From assembly GCA_037137395.1 (NCBI GenBank), contig JBAXKK010000075.1, positions 1-13,059 of the forward strand: a stretch of DNA of 13,059 bases, given 5' to 3'. This stretch comes from Elusimicrobiota bacterium. GTDB lineage: Bacteria; Elusimicrobiota; Elusimicrobia; Elusimicrobiales; UBA9959. Positions within the stretch are counted from its first letter, which is position 1. Each line of letters starts with the position of its first letter. A program made the position numbers and the translations under genes. This document shows positions 1-7,671 of this stretch, one piece after another. A model generated the notes under the pieces. It did no database searches and was not told the DNA's origin. It saw only the letters and a program-made list of their open reading frames with translations.

Positions 1-143
1 TTGGCGCGTTTTACTCGTCGGGTAGCCCAGATTTTTCTATTCCGTCTTTCCGGCGACCAGAGCCGCTGGTGAGACGGACCAACTGAAGCTTCCCGGCTAG
101 TCTTTGTATGGACGTAAAATATGATTCTGAATTTGAGTGAATA

Positions 144-1184
144 ATGAGCGACCTTTCAACTCCCCTGGTTTGTATTTGCGTGCCCACCTATAACGCCGGT
201 AAAACTCTTTCCGCGACACTGGATTCTATATTAGGGCAGACCTACCGCAATCTCGTTATTAAAGTTGTAGATAACGCTTCTACCGATAATACGCCGCAGA
301 TCGCTGATGTCTGCGCTTCAAAGGATCTTAGGGTTACCGTCATACGCCATGCCGATAACGTCGGAGCCGAAGGTAACTTCACGCGCTGTCTTCAACTGGC
401 TGAAGGTGATTATACCGCTATCTTCCACTCCGACGATATATATGCGCCTCAAATTGTAGAGGAGCAGGTTAAGTTCTTTCAGAATAATCCGGAAGCAGGC
501 GCTGTTTTTGCCATGGCTGATACTTGTGACGCAACCGGCCGTGTCGGGCGCAGTTATCGCCTGCCTTTAGCGTTATCCGCAAGACCCTCCGGCTTATATG
601 ATTTCCCTGCCATATTTAAAGCTATGTTAAAGCATGGAAATTTTCTGCTTTGTCCCGGTGCAATGGCCAGGAGTGAAATTTACAAGGATCATATCAAGCA
701 TTGGAATGGTGATCGTTTTAACACTTCCGCGGACCTTGATGTGTGGTTAAGGATACTGCAAAAATATCCGATAGGCGTGATAAATAAACCCTTATTCAAC
801 TACAGGGTAAGCCCGGCCAGTTTCAGCTATGGCGCCGGCAGGGCAAAGACAGAGCCACACGATTTATTGCGGGTTTTCGAAGCTTATGCGGCTGGTTTCG
901 CGCGGGATTTAATGGGGCCTGAAGAAAAATCCGACTATTCCCGGCTTCTGATGAACGACAATGTTAACAGGTCCTTTAATCTTGCCGCCATGGGTAAACC
1001 GGCTGAAGCCAGGGCCCTGCTTGCCGGTGTATTCCGCCCGGGAAGCCTCTCCACGGCCTTTTGCAGCGTTTATCACCTTAAGACCGTGGCTTTGGCGGTC
1101 CTGGCCGCCTTGCTCATATTCATTCCGCTGCCGGAGCGGGTAAAACGCCAAATCTCTATTTGGCGCTTTAAAACACGCGGATAG
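144..1184 (+). CDS. Glycosyltransferase family 2 (GT-A fold)
   Basis: N-terminal VCICVPTYNAG...VVDNASTD, NVGAEGNF and the FHSDD DxD-type motif are typical of GT2; hydrophobic C-terminal segment. Confidence 0.93.
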   Translation: MSDLSTPLVCICVPTYNAGKTLSATLDSILGQTYRNLVIKVVDNASTDNTPQIADVCASKDLRVTVIRHADNVGAEGNFTRCLQLAEGDYTAIFHSDDIYAPQIVEEQVKFFQNNPEAGAVFAMADTCDATGRVGRSYRLPLALSARPSGLYDFPAIFKAMLKHGNFLLCPGAMARSEIYKDHIKHWNGDRFNTSADLDVWLRILQKYPIGVINKPLFNYRVSPASFSYGAGRAKTEPHDLLRVFEAYAAGFARDLMGPEEKSDYSRLLMNDNVNRSFNLAAMGKPAEARALLAGVFRPGSLSTAFCSVYHLKTVALAVLAALLIFIPLPERVKRQISIWRFKTRG

Positions 1185-1204
1185 CGAAGCCAGTGTTTAG
1201 CTTG

Positions 1205-1233
1205 TTTCCAAAAGCAATCATTTTTTGTATATT
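1205..1233 (+). promoter_or_regulatory. Putative sigma70 promoter for a leaderless abiEi transcript
   Basis: TTTCCA (1205-1210), 17 bp spacer, TATATT (1228-1233); ATG at 1241 is 7 nt downstream with no Shine-Dalgarno sequence. Confidence 0.5.
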
Positions 1234-1240
1234 ATCAGAA

Positions 1241-1888
1241 ATGATATCCAAGCCAAAAGAAATACTTTCACACCTTGCCCGCGTGCCGTATTTTACCATC
1301 GGCGGGCTTAGTGTTTTTGATTTAAAAGCCGCGTATCTGCGCGTATTCCTTTCCCGGTTGGAGGAGCGCGGCGATATTATACGTCTTAAGAGAGGCTCAT
1401 ATGCCAGCCGGGCGTATTGTGACACCGTTAAAATCAGAGGTAAATGGACGCAGTATCTTGAATTCCTTGCCGCCAAACTTTACAGCCCGGCGTACCTTAG
1501 TCTTGATTACGTGCTTTATCAGCACAACCTGCTTACCGAGGTGCCGGTTAATTTTACGCTGGTTACCGCCAATAAAACCGCGGTTTATAAAAACGCGCTG
1601 GGGGTTTTCAGTTATCACAAAATTAAAAAGCCGCTTTTTTGCGGATATAATTCCGTGGCAGAGGGCGGGTTTCCGGTGTATAGGGCCTCAAAAGCAAAGG
1701 CGCTGTTTGATTTTATTTATTTCCGACGCAACTTGCTCTCCGGGGCCGGCGCTTTTAAAGCGCTGCGCCTGAACCTGGAGCGTTTAAGCAAAGCTGACAT
1801 TGCTGAGTTTAAAAAATACGCTGCCATCGCAAAAATGGATAAAATGGCTATGGTCGCGGGCTGGATCAAAAATGCTGGAAAATATTAA
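1241..1888 (+). CDS. abiEi: AbiEi-like type IV TA antitoxin / transcriptional regulator
   Basis: wHTH-type LSRLEERGDIIRLKRGSY, then AYLSLDYVLYQHNLLTE, VT and ASKAKALFDFIY motifs of AbiEi antitoxins; overlaps an AbiEii gene. Start moved from the GTG at 1193 to the ATG at 1241. Confidence 0.85.
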   Translation: MISKPKEILSHLARVPYFTIGGLSVFDLKAAYLRVFLSRLEERGDIIRLKRGSYASRAYCDTVKIRGKWTQYLEFLAAKLYSPAYLSLDYVLYQHNLLTEVPVNFTLVTANKTAVYKNALGVFSYHKIKKPLFCGYNSVAEGGFPVYRASKAKALFDFIYFRRNLLSGAGAFKALRLNLERLSKADIAEFKKYAAIAKMDKMAMVAGWIKNAGKY

Positions 1889-2687
1889 AAATCTATTGGC
1901 TGAAAACAGCGGCCTTTCCGCGGTTTTCCGACGCAACCTGATAAAGGAGTATTTACAAACGCTGGCGCTGGCTTTTATCTATTCGCGCAAAGAATATTCC
2001 GGTCTTGTGTTTTATGGCGGTTCGGCGCTGAAGCATTGCTATGGTTTGCCGCGGTTGTCCGAAGATTTGGATTTTGTGGACGCGCGGGGGGCGGTCTCTT
2101 TGCCGGCTCTTGCGACGGATCTAAAGGGGTATTTCGCAGCCAGGCATGGCCTTAAGGTTGAAACAAAGATTCAGAAATTCCGCGTGTTGCTGAAGTTTCC
2201 GTTGCTTTTTGAATTAGGCCTGGCGGCGTATCCGGAATCTGATATGCTTTTTTTAAAGTTGGAGCTATACACCGATATTTCGTTCTGCCGAAAATATAAA
2301 ACGGAAATAGTCCCGCTTTTTGAGCACGGAGAATCAGTGCTGGTGAAAACATTCGATCTTCCTACGCTTATGGCCACCAAGATCCGCGCTGTACTTAACC
2401 GCAGGTGGACGAAAACCGGCAAAGAAGGGGAAACGCTTGCAGTGGTAAAGGGGCGCGACTATTTTGATCTCATGTGGTATTTGCAAAAAGGCATTGAGCC
2501 GAATCTTGAATGTCTTGAAAATATTCCTGATAAAAAAGAGCTTTATGCCAGGCTTGTTTCCGCCGTTGAGAAAATAGACGCCGCCAGTATAAAATATGAC
2601 CTGGACGCTCTTATCGCGGATAGGGAATATGTCGATAATCTGGCAGGGAATTTAAAGCAAATTCTGCTTTCTCGGCTAAAGAAATAA
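1872..2687 (+). CDS. abiEii: AbiEii-family nucleotidyltransferase toxin
   Basis: FYGGSALKHCYGLPRLSEDLDF signature, plus K in LMATKIRA and KGRDYFDL; ATG at 1872 overlaps the antitoxin 3' end. Confidence 0.9.
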   Translation: MLENIKNLLAENSGLSAVFRRNLIKEYLQTLALAFIYSRKEYSGLVFYGGSALKHCYGLPRLSEDLDFVDARGAVSLPALATDLKGYFAARHGLKVETKIQKFRVLLKFPLLFELGLAAYPESDMLFLKLELYTDISFCRKYKTEIVPLFEHGESVLVKTFDLPTLMATKIRAVLNRRWTKTGKEGETLAVVKGRDYFDLMWYLQKGIEPNLECLENIPDKKELYARLVSAVEKIDAASIKYDLDALIADREYVDNLAGNLKQILLSRLKK

Positions 2688-2723
2688 AAACACTGTTTGT
2701 GGGGCAGCCAGGCAGCCTTATCT

Positions 2724-3863
2724 ATGAAACTTGCGATAATTAATCTTACCGGCGGGGGAATGAGCGGGGGGCATAAAAGTTATATCGCTAATATTTTGCC
2801 GCGCCTGGCCGCTTCGGATAAGATAGAAAAAATATTATGCGCTTCACCAGTCGGGTTTAAGGCCGAAACCTGGATCGCGCCCTCTCCAAAATTAAATTTG
2901 GCGGTATGCGAGCCGTTTAAATTGACTCGCTCCGCGCCTGACAAACAACTTAAGGCCACCCTTGATGCGTTCCGGCCGGATGTGGTGTTTGTTTCCATTG
3001 AAAGGCATTTCACCTATCCGGCAGCGCCAATTGTCACAATAGTGCACAATATGGCCCCGCTTGTAAGCATAAAAACGACCAGCGGGATACGGGAGAAACT
3101 TCAATCCTGGGCCAGGCGGTTTGAAACCGGCCGCGCCGCGCGCGGGGCCGCGGCTGTGATAGCGCCGACAGCCTTTGTCAGGGAGGCTCTTGTCGCCGGT
3201 TTGGGCGTGGAAAAGGAAAAAGTCTCGCTTATCCATTTTGGGCAGAGTCCCGTAGCCGCCCCGATTCCGCCGGCTGATAAAATTAACGATCTATTTAAAG
3301 AGGGGTTTGTTTTTACCGCCGGCTCATTTGAGATCTACAGGGGCTTTGAGGATCTGCTGCGGGCTTTTGCCGATATTAAATGGCGTTACCCGGGGCTTAA
3401 GTTGGTTGTAGCCGGGGGAACCAGGCTGGCCACATGCGGCTACAAATCCCGCATGGAAACCTTGGCTAAAGCCTTGGGCCTTTCCCGGAATGTGATCTGG
3501 CTCGGCCATGTTTCTCAGCAGGAACTTAACTGGTATTATTCTCACTGTTCGGCCTTTGCTCTCACCAGCCGCGTTGAGTCTTTTTGTTTTGTAGCTTTGG
3601 AGGCCCTGGCGCACGGCTGTAATTGTATCGCCACGGAGAGTCCCTGCCTGCCTGAAATACTGGCAGAAGCCTCTTTATACTATAAAGCCGGCGACTTTAA
3701 GGGATTAGGACATGGCCTGCTTGAAATTCTTGCTCGCGATAATGAAACCAGGAAACAGGCCTCGAGGAAAGCCGCGGAGCGCGCCGCCCGATTCTCCTGG
3801 GACCAAGCCGCCGATGAAACAATAAATTTGTTCCTAAAAGTCTCAGTAAATCGGAAATCGTAA
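2724..3863 (+). CDS. Glycosyltransferase family 4 (GT-B fold)
   Basis: SRVESFCFVALEALAHG (E-x7-E motif), WLGHVSQQEL and RFSWDQAA are typical of GT4; likely start is the ATG at 2724. Confidence 0.92.
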   Translation: MKLAIINLTGGGMSGGHKSYIANILPRLAASDKIEKILCASPVGFKAETWIAPSPKLNLAVCEPFKLTRSAPDKQLKATLDAFRPDVVFVSIERHFTYPAAPIVTIVHNMAPLVSIKTTSGIREKLQSWARRFETGRAARGAAAVIAPTAFVREALVAGLGVEKEKVSLIHFGQSPVAAPIPPADKINDLFKEGFVFTAGSFEIYRGFEDLLRAFADIKWRYPGLKLVVAGGTRLATCGYKSRMETLAKALGLSRNVIWLGHVSQQELNWYYSHCSAFALTSRVESFCFVALEALAHGCNCIATESPCLPEILAEASLYYKAGDFKGLGHGLLEILARDNETRKQASRKAAERAARFSWDQAADETINLFLKVSVNRKS

Positions 3864-4013
3864 AGCGTAAAGCGGAAAGCGGAAAGCGGAAAGCGGAAAG
3901 CGTAAATAGTAAGCGATCTCTATTCTGCTTATGGCTTAAAGCTTATAGCTTATGGCGTAGTTCGCTTACGGCCTAAAGCTTATAGCTTATGGCGTAGTTA
4001 TTCGCCTATGGCT
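3846..4013 (+). repeat. Heptamer repeat array 1 (A block GKAAAKC, linker, B block GCYTAHR)
   Basis: GTAAATC GGAAATC GTAAAGC GTAAAGC (GGAAAGC)x4 GTAAATA GTAA, a 14-nt linker, then GCTTATG GCTTAAA GCTTATA GCTTATG GCGTAGT... Confidence 0.95.
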
Positions 4014-4016
4014 TTT

Positions 4017-4025
4017 TGATATAAT
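4017..4025 (+). promoter_or_regulatory. Extended -10 promoter TGnTATAAT
   Basis: Perfect TG-A-TATAAT, conserved in the paralogous segment at 7059-7067. Confidence 0.65.
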
Positions 4026-4066
4026 TAGGTATTAAGGAATATACAAGCCTTTCGGCTGTAGTTTGG

Positions 4067-4112
4067 GCTTCCCTGGTTAATTAAATATACTGTCCCCGGA
4101 ATTACGGAATTA
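4067..4112 (+). repeat. Conserved junction site, copy A, with tandem CGGAATTA duplication
   Basis: GCTTCCCTGGTTAATTAAATATACTGTCCCCGGAATTA followed by a second CGGAATTA; matches copies at 7108, 8053, 9961 and 10773. Confidence 0.9.
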
Positions 4113-4131
4113 CCTTTATGGATTTATCATC

Positions 4132-4380
4132 ATGACCCCAAACGGCGACACAAGCCCTAAGGCGTGGGAGTTCCTTATCTCCCAACTGCGCGCCACTCCA
4201 CCCTGGCTCAAACTCCGGCAGGCCTCTGAGATGACCAATTCCTGCGCGGCTTTCTGCCTGGCCGGCATACGCACCCGCAATCCCCGCATATCCGAAGATG
4301 AGGTCAGGCTGGAATTCGCCCGCCTGCATCTTGGTGATACTCTGGCTGCGAAGGCATACGGCGGAAAAAAATCTTTATGA
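4132..4380 (+). CDS. Small helical protein, putative MenA1-like antitoxin
   Basis: 82 aa, ATGA-overlapped with the downstream NTase; the KLRxAxEM...RxRxP...E pattern resembles M. tuberculosis MenA1 (Rv0078B) as recalled, not searched. Confidence 0.65.
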   Translation: MTPNGDTSPKAWEFLISQLRATPPWLKLRQASEMTNSCAAFCLAGIRTRNPRISEDEVRLEFARLHLGDTLAAKAYGGKKSL

Positions 4381-4949
4381 CCATGAATCCCACGGAGATC
4401 CTGGGTCTGGTAACAAAAGCGCTCAATGCGCTTGGCGTGTCACACATGATTTGCGGCTCCCTTGCAAGTTCCGTGCATGGCCTTCCTCGCGCCACAATGG
4501 ACGCCGATCTTGTAGCTGAAATTAAGCCCGGACAGGCCGAATTGATAGTTAAAGCTTTGAAAAAAGACTTTTATGTAGAGAAAGAATCCATATTGGATGC
4601 AATTTCCAACAGCTCTTCATTTAACATCATTCATCTCGCTTCCTCTTTTAAAGTGGATATATTCTTATTGCGGAATAATCCATATTCCATTAATGAATTC
4701 GCGCGCAGGATGCCCCAGGCGGTTTCTGGGAATTCCGAACCGCCTTTTTTTGTGGCCACCCCGGAGGATGTAATACTAAGCAAACTGCGCTGGTATCTCC
4801 AGGGAGGGGAAGTCTCTGAGCGCCAGTGGAGCGATATTGTTGGGGTAATCAAGGTGCAGGGAGAACAGCTTGATCTGGAATATCTGAAACATTGGGCCAG
4901 CGAACTTGGTCTGTCTGGTATCCTTATAAAAGCTCTTTCCGGAAATTAG
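4377..4949 (+). CDS. Nucleotidyltransferase-fold protein, putative MenT1/DUF6036-like toxin
   Basis: ICGSLASSVHGLPRATMDADLV (G-S/G-G...R.T.DxD), KVDIF, VATPEDVILSKL and QWSDI motifs. Confidence 0.78.
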   Translation: MTMNPTEILGLVTKALNALGVSHMICGSLASSVHGLPRATMDADLVAEIKPGQAELIVKALKKDFYVEKESILDAISNSSSFNIIHLASSFKVDIFLLRNNPYSINEFARRMPQAVSGNSEPPFFVATPEDVILSKLRWYLQGGEVSERQWSDIVGVIKVQGEQLDLEYLKHWASELGLSGILIKALSGN

Positions 4950-5044
4950 TGTAACCCAAGCGTCTCAGCGTCTTATCAATTGACTGCCCGGCCGCCCACC
5001 TGACATCCCCAACCCTGCCCCATCAGACAATTAGGTGTCTCCAG

Positions 5045-5309
5045 AATCGTAAATAGTAATCAATTCTGCAAATGGCAAGCGGCGTCAATCGTAAAGCGGA
5101 AAGCGTAAATAGTAAGAAGTCTTTATTCTGCTTATGGCCTAAAGCTTATAGCTTATGGCGTAGTTATTAGCTTAAAGCCTAGAGCTTATGGCATGTTTTA
5201 GCCTATGGCTTAAAGCTTATAGCTTATGGCGTAGTTCGCTTACGGCCTAAAGCTTATGGCTTATGGCAGCTGTGATTCTACGTATGGCAAATGGCATTTC
5301 ACTTATGGC
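5045..5309 (+). repeat. Heptamer repeat array 2
   Basis: Alternating A blocks ending GTAAATAGTAA, linkers, C blocks (GCAAATG) and B blocks (GCTTATR/GCCTAAA/GCTTACG). Confidence 0.93.
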
Positions 5310-5319
5310 TAACCAACTC

Positions 5320-6777
5320 ATGCCTAAACACAGTTTTTTAAAAATTGCGACAGCTCTCCTTTTTACTCTTGCCTGGCTTATCTTGTCCGTGCTCGCGCTT
5401 GCGCATTATCCGGGTTCAAAATTAATTTATTCTGTCTTCTCCATAGCTTTTTTTTGCATGCTGGCCGGCGGGTTGTATAAACAGGATTCTTACGGCTATA
5501 TGTTTCTCACTATTTTCATGTGGCTTGGATTTTGGCTGAAGTTCACTGTTGGCACGATTATTGGCGCTAAATATGCCGAAGCAATCGGCGCTTTTATCCC
5601 AACCCCGGCAAATCTGGACAACATTCTGGGTATAGCTATCCTAGCCGCTTTCGCGGTAATAGTCGCCGGATTCTTATGCCGCTTTATTCCGGGGGGGGCG
5701 GCGTATTGTTCCGCAAAGCAAGACACTTGTCCGCCCTGGTATCCCCGTTTTCGTAAATGGTTATGGCTCGGTTTGTGGCTTTGCATTATCCTCATCCCGG
5801 TTGTAAACACTGTGCTTGGGATTAATCAGATCGGCCTTACTCCAAGGACTATTTTGCATTGGCCGTTAAACTTTCTTATAGCCTGGTTTCTTGGCATAGG
5901 TCTGTCAATGGGCGTTGTTACCTTGCTTTGGTGGGATATTTTAGCGAAAAGAGGGCCTCTTCAAGGCCTCTTTGCGGTGCTTGCCGAGGCTGCTATCTCC
6001 AGCACCTCGCTTTTAAGCCGTGGCACTTTTTTATGGCATGTTTTGCCTGCCGCCGCGGCGTCGGCTAAAAACTTTAAAGAACTTTTTTCGGCAATCTCTA
6101 AAATAAAAATATTTATGGCGGGCTGCGCGGCCGCTTTACTGTTTGCCGTTTCCTTTACCATGGCAAATACTATGCGGCAGTATTTTTATTCGGCCGATGT
6201 TGTTTCAGTTTTATCTTCAAAGGGCGGCAATGATTATAAAGGCAATAATGTTCAGGGGTTAACTTTGGCGATAAAAGGGTTCAGCACTGAATTTAAGGAT
6301 TTCTTTCAAAAAGCGTCCTCAATGGCTATAGGCAGGTGGATAGGTGTGGAAGGCGTAATGGCGGTAGCCGCCTATCCGATAAAAGGCCGTGATACTTTTT
6401 TGAAAGCCTTAATGGAAAAGAGAGAACTTGGAAAGGCTGATTTTTATCAGTCGGTCTGTCAGTCGGGTGTCGGTGATGACTTATACTTTCAAGTCGGCTC
6501 CCTGCCGGGTTTTGTCGCTTTTTTATATTACTCCGGTTCTCTGCTGGTAGTTTTTTTAGGGGTTTTGCTCCTCACTTTGGCGATTAGACTAAGTGAGGCC
6601 GGTGTCGGCTATCTAACCGGTAACCCCTTTATGTGTTCTCTCTGGGGGCTTGCCGCCGCCAATACTGCGGCGCAGCTATCAGCCCCGCGCCAGATGCTAC
6701 CGTATTTTTCAGCTATAATCTGCGCCCTAATTTTTATCCACCTCATCCAGGGGGGGATCGTAAATCGGAAAACGTAA
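5320..6777 (+). CDS. Polytopic membrane protein, probable O-antigen/polysaccharide polymerase (Wzy-like)
   Basis: About 10-12 hydrophobic segments, an SRG motif, a large hydrophilic loop and a GxxGFxxFLYYSG segment; lies among GTs and wzz. The ATG at 5263 is inside repeat DNA, so 5320 (or 5305) is the more likely start. Confidence 0.65.
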   Translation: MPKHSFLKIATALLFTLAWLILSVLALAHYPGSKLIYSVFSIAFFCMLAGGLYKQDSYGYMFLTIFMWLGFWLKFTVGTIIGAKYAEAIGAFIPTPANLDNILGIAILAAFAVIVAGFLCRFIPGGAAYCSAKQDTCPPWYPRFRKWLWLGLWLCIILIPVVNTVLGINQIGLTPRTILHWPLNFLIAWFLGIGLSMGVVTLLWWDILAKRGPLQGLFAVLAEAAISSTSLLSRGTFLWHVLPAAAASAKNFKELFSAISKIKIFMAGCAAALLFAVSFTMANTMRQYFYSADVVSVLSSKGGNDYKGNNVQGLTLAIKGFSTEFKDFFQKASSMAIGRWIGVEGVMAVAAYPIKGRDTFLKALMEKRELGKADFYQSVCQSGVGDDLYFQVGSLPGFVAFLYYSGSLLVVFLGVLLLTLAIRLSEAGVGYLTGNPFMCSLWGLAAANTAAQLSAPRQMLPYFSAIICALIFIHLIQGGIVNRKT

Positions 6778-7053
6778 AGCGTAAATAGAAAATCGTAAAT
6801 CGGAAAGCGTAAAGCGTAAATAGTAACCAATCCCTTTTCTGCCTACGGCCTAAAGCTTATGGCCTAAAGCTTATAGCTTATGGCGTAGTTCGCTTACGGC
6901 CTAAAGCTTATGGCCTATGGCGTAGTTCGCTTACGGCCTAAATCGTAAAGCGGAAAACGTAAAGCGTAAATAGTAAGCAATTCTGCAAATGGCAAACGGC
7001 GAATGGCATTTTTTACTCTGCAAATGGCGGGCGCAGCGCCCTCAGCCTATGGC
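6760..7053 (+). repeat. Heptamer repeat array 3
   Basis: GTAAATC GGAAAAC GTAAAGC GTAAATA...GTAA, 14-nt linker, B block, A block, 8-nt linker, GCAAATG GCAAACG GCGAATG. Confidence 0.93.
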
Positions 7054-7058
7054 TTTTT

Positions 7059-7067
7059 TGATATAAT
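7059..7067 (+). promoter_or_regulatory. Extended -10 promoter TGnTATAAT
   Basis: TG-A-TATAAT in the same context (GCCTATGGCTTTTT(T)GATATAAT) as 4017-4025. Confidence 0.65.
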
Positions 7068-7136
7068 GAGATGTAGAGGGGTATGCAGGCCTTTAGGTTA
7101 TAACTGCGCTTCACTGGCAATTAAATATACTGTCCC

Positions 7137-7333
7137 GAATGGCGCTAACTTAAGCCCTTTTGGCTTAAAAACCCTAACCAATCCGTCTCACCGGCGAAAG
7201 CCGGTGTCCAGATTGTGGCAAGATCTGGATTCCGGCTTTCGCCGGAACGACATAATAAAAAATCCGGAACTGCCAACGGTTAAAAACTACGCCTTGAAAA
7301 ATTGCCGGTTAGGGCCTTAAGTTAGTGCCATTC
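7137..7333. mobile_element. 197-bp non-autonomous MITE with IS4-family-like ends
   Basis: 18-bp TIRs GAATGGCGCTAACTTAAG (7137-7154) and CTTAAGTTAGTGCCATTC (7316-7333), 17/18 match; flanking 11-bp direct repeat TATACTGTCCC (7126-7136) / TATACTGTTCC (7334-7344); no transposase. Confidence 0.85.
7185..7251. repeat. REP/dRS3-like double-palindrome element nested in the MITE
   Basis: GTCTCACCGGCGAAAGCCGGTGTCCAGAT...ATCTGGATTCCGGCTTTCGCCGGAACGAC; each arm is a hairpin and the arms are inverted relative to each other. Confidence 0.85.
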
Positions 7334-7362
7334 TATACTGTTCCCGGAATTATCTAAACGTT

Positions 7363-7671
7363 ATGAATTTACAACATTATCCCGCAGAAAAACTTAAGGC
7401 GGACCTGCTGGCTATTGTGGGCAGGCGCCTTGATCTGGTCCAATACCGGCTTTTTTACTTCGGTTCACGCGTAACAAATAAGGGCGACGACCATTCCGAC
7501 ATAGACGTGGGCGTTGAAGGCCCTGCCCCGGTACCGGCGGCAATACTTGACGGGATAAAGGAAGACCTGGTAAATCTGCCCGTCGTCTATAAAATAGATT
7601 TTGTGGATTTTGCCTCCGTTTCCGAGGATTTTAAAAAAGTGGCTCTTGCCAATATCGAGGTTATAAAATGA
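7363..7671 (+). CDS. Minimal nucleotidyltransferase (MNT) antitoxin, HI0073-like
   Basis: FYFGSRVTNKGDDHSDIDVGV (GS-x10-DxD) and KIDFVD; ATGA overlap with the partner gene. Confidence 0.88.
   Translation: MNLQHYPAEKLKADLLAIVGRRLDLVQYRLFYFGSRVTNKGDDHSDIDVGVEGPAPVPAAILDGIKEDLVNLPVVYKIDFVDFASVSEDFKKVALANIEVIK

Larger units (their letters stand above)
7108..7352 (+). repeat. Conserved junction site, copy B, split by the MITE
   Basis: GCTTCACTGGCAATTAAATATACTGTCCC, then the MITE, then TATACTGTTCCCGGAATTA. Confidence 0.88.

Noticed and set aside
1..72. Possible 3' end of an upstream CDS (LARFTRRVAQIFLFRLSGDQSRW*)
   Set aside because: Too short to support or assign.
3846..3990. A block pairing with B block as a long terminator hairpin
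   Set aside because: Only about 4 of 7 positions (AAGC/GCTT) pair per unit, so a stable stem cannot be supported without folding calculations.
5263..5319. N-terminal extension of the wzy-like ORF
   Set aside because: It is encoded by B/C heptamer repeats that contain ATG by construction.
7029..7041. Small palindromes GGGCGCAGCGCCC and CGCAG-N5-CTGCG (8172-8186)
   Set aside because: Short, single-copy and without an adjacent U-tract; may be chance.
7003..7320. 105-aa + strand ORF
   Set aside because: It is made of repeat array, promoter unit and MITE sequence with no protein motif, so it is likely spurious.
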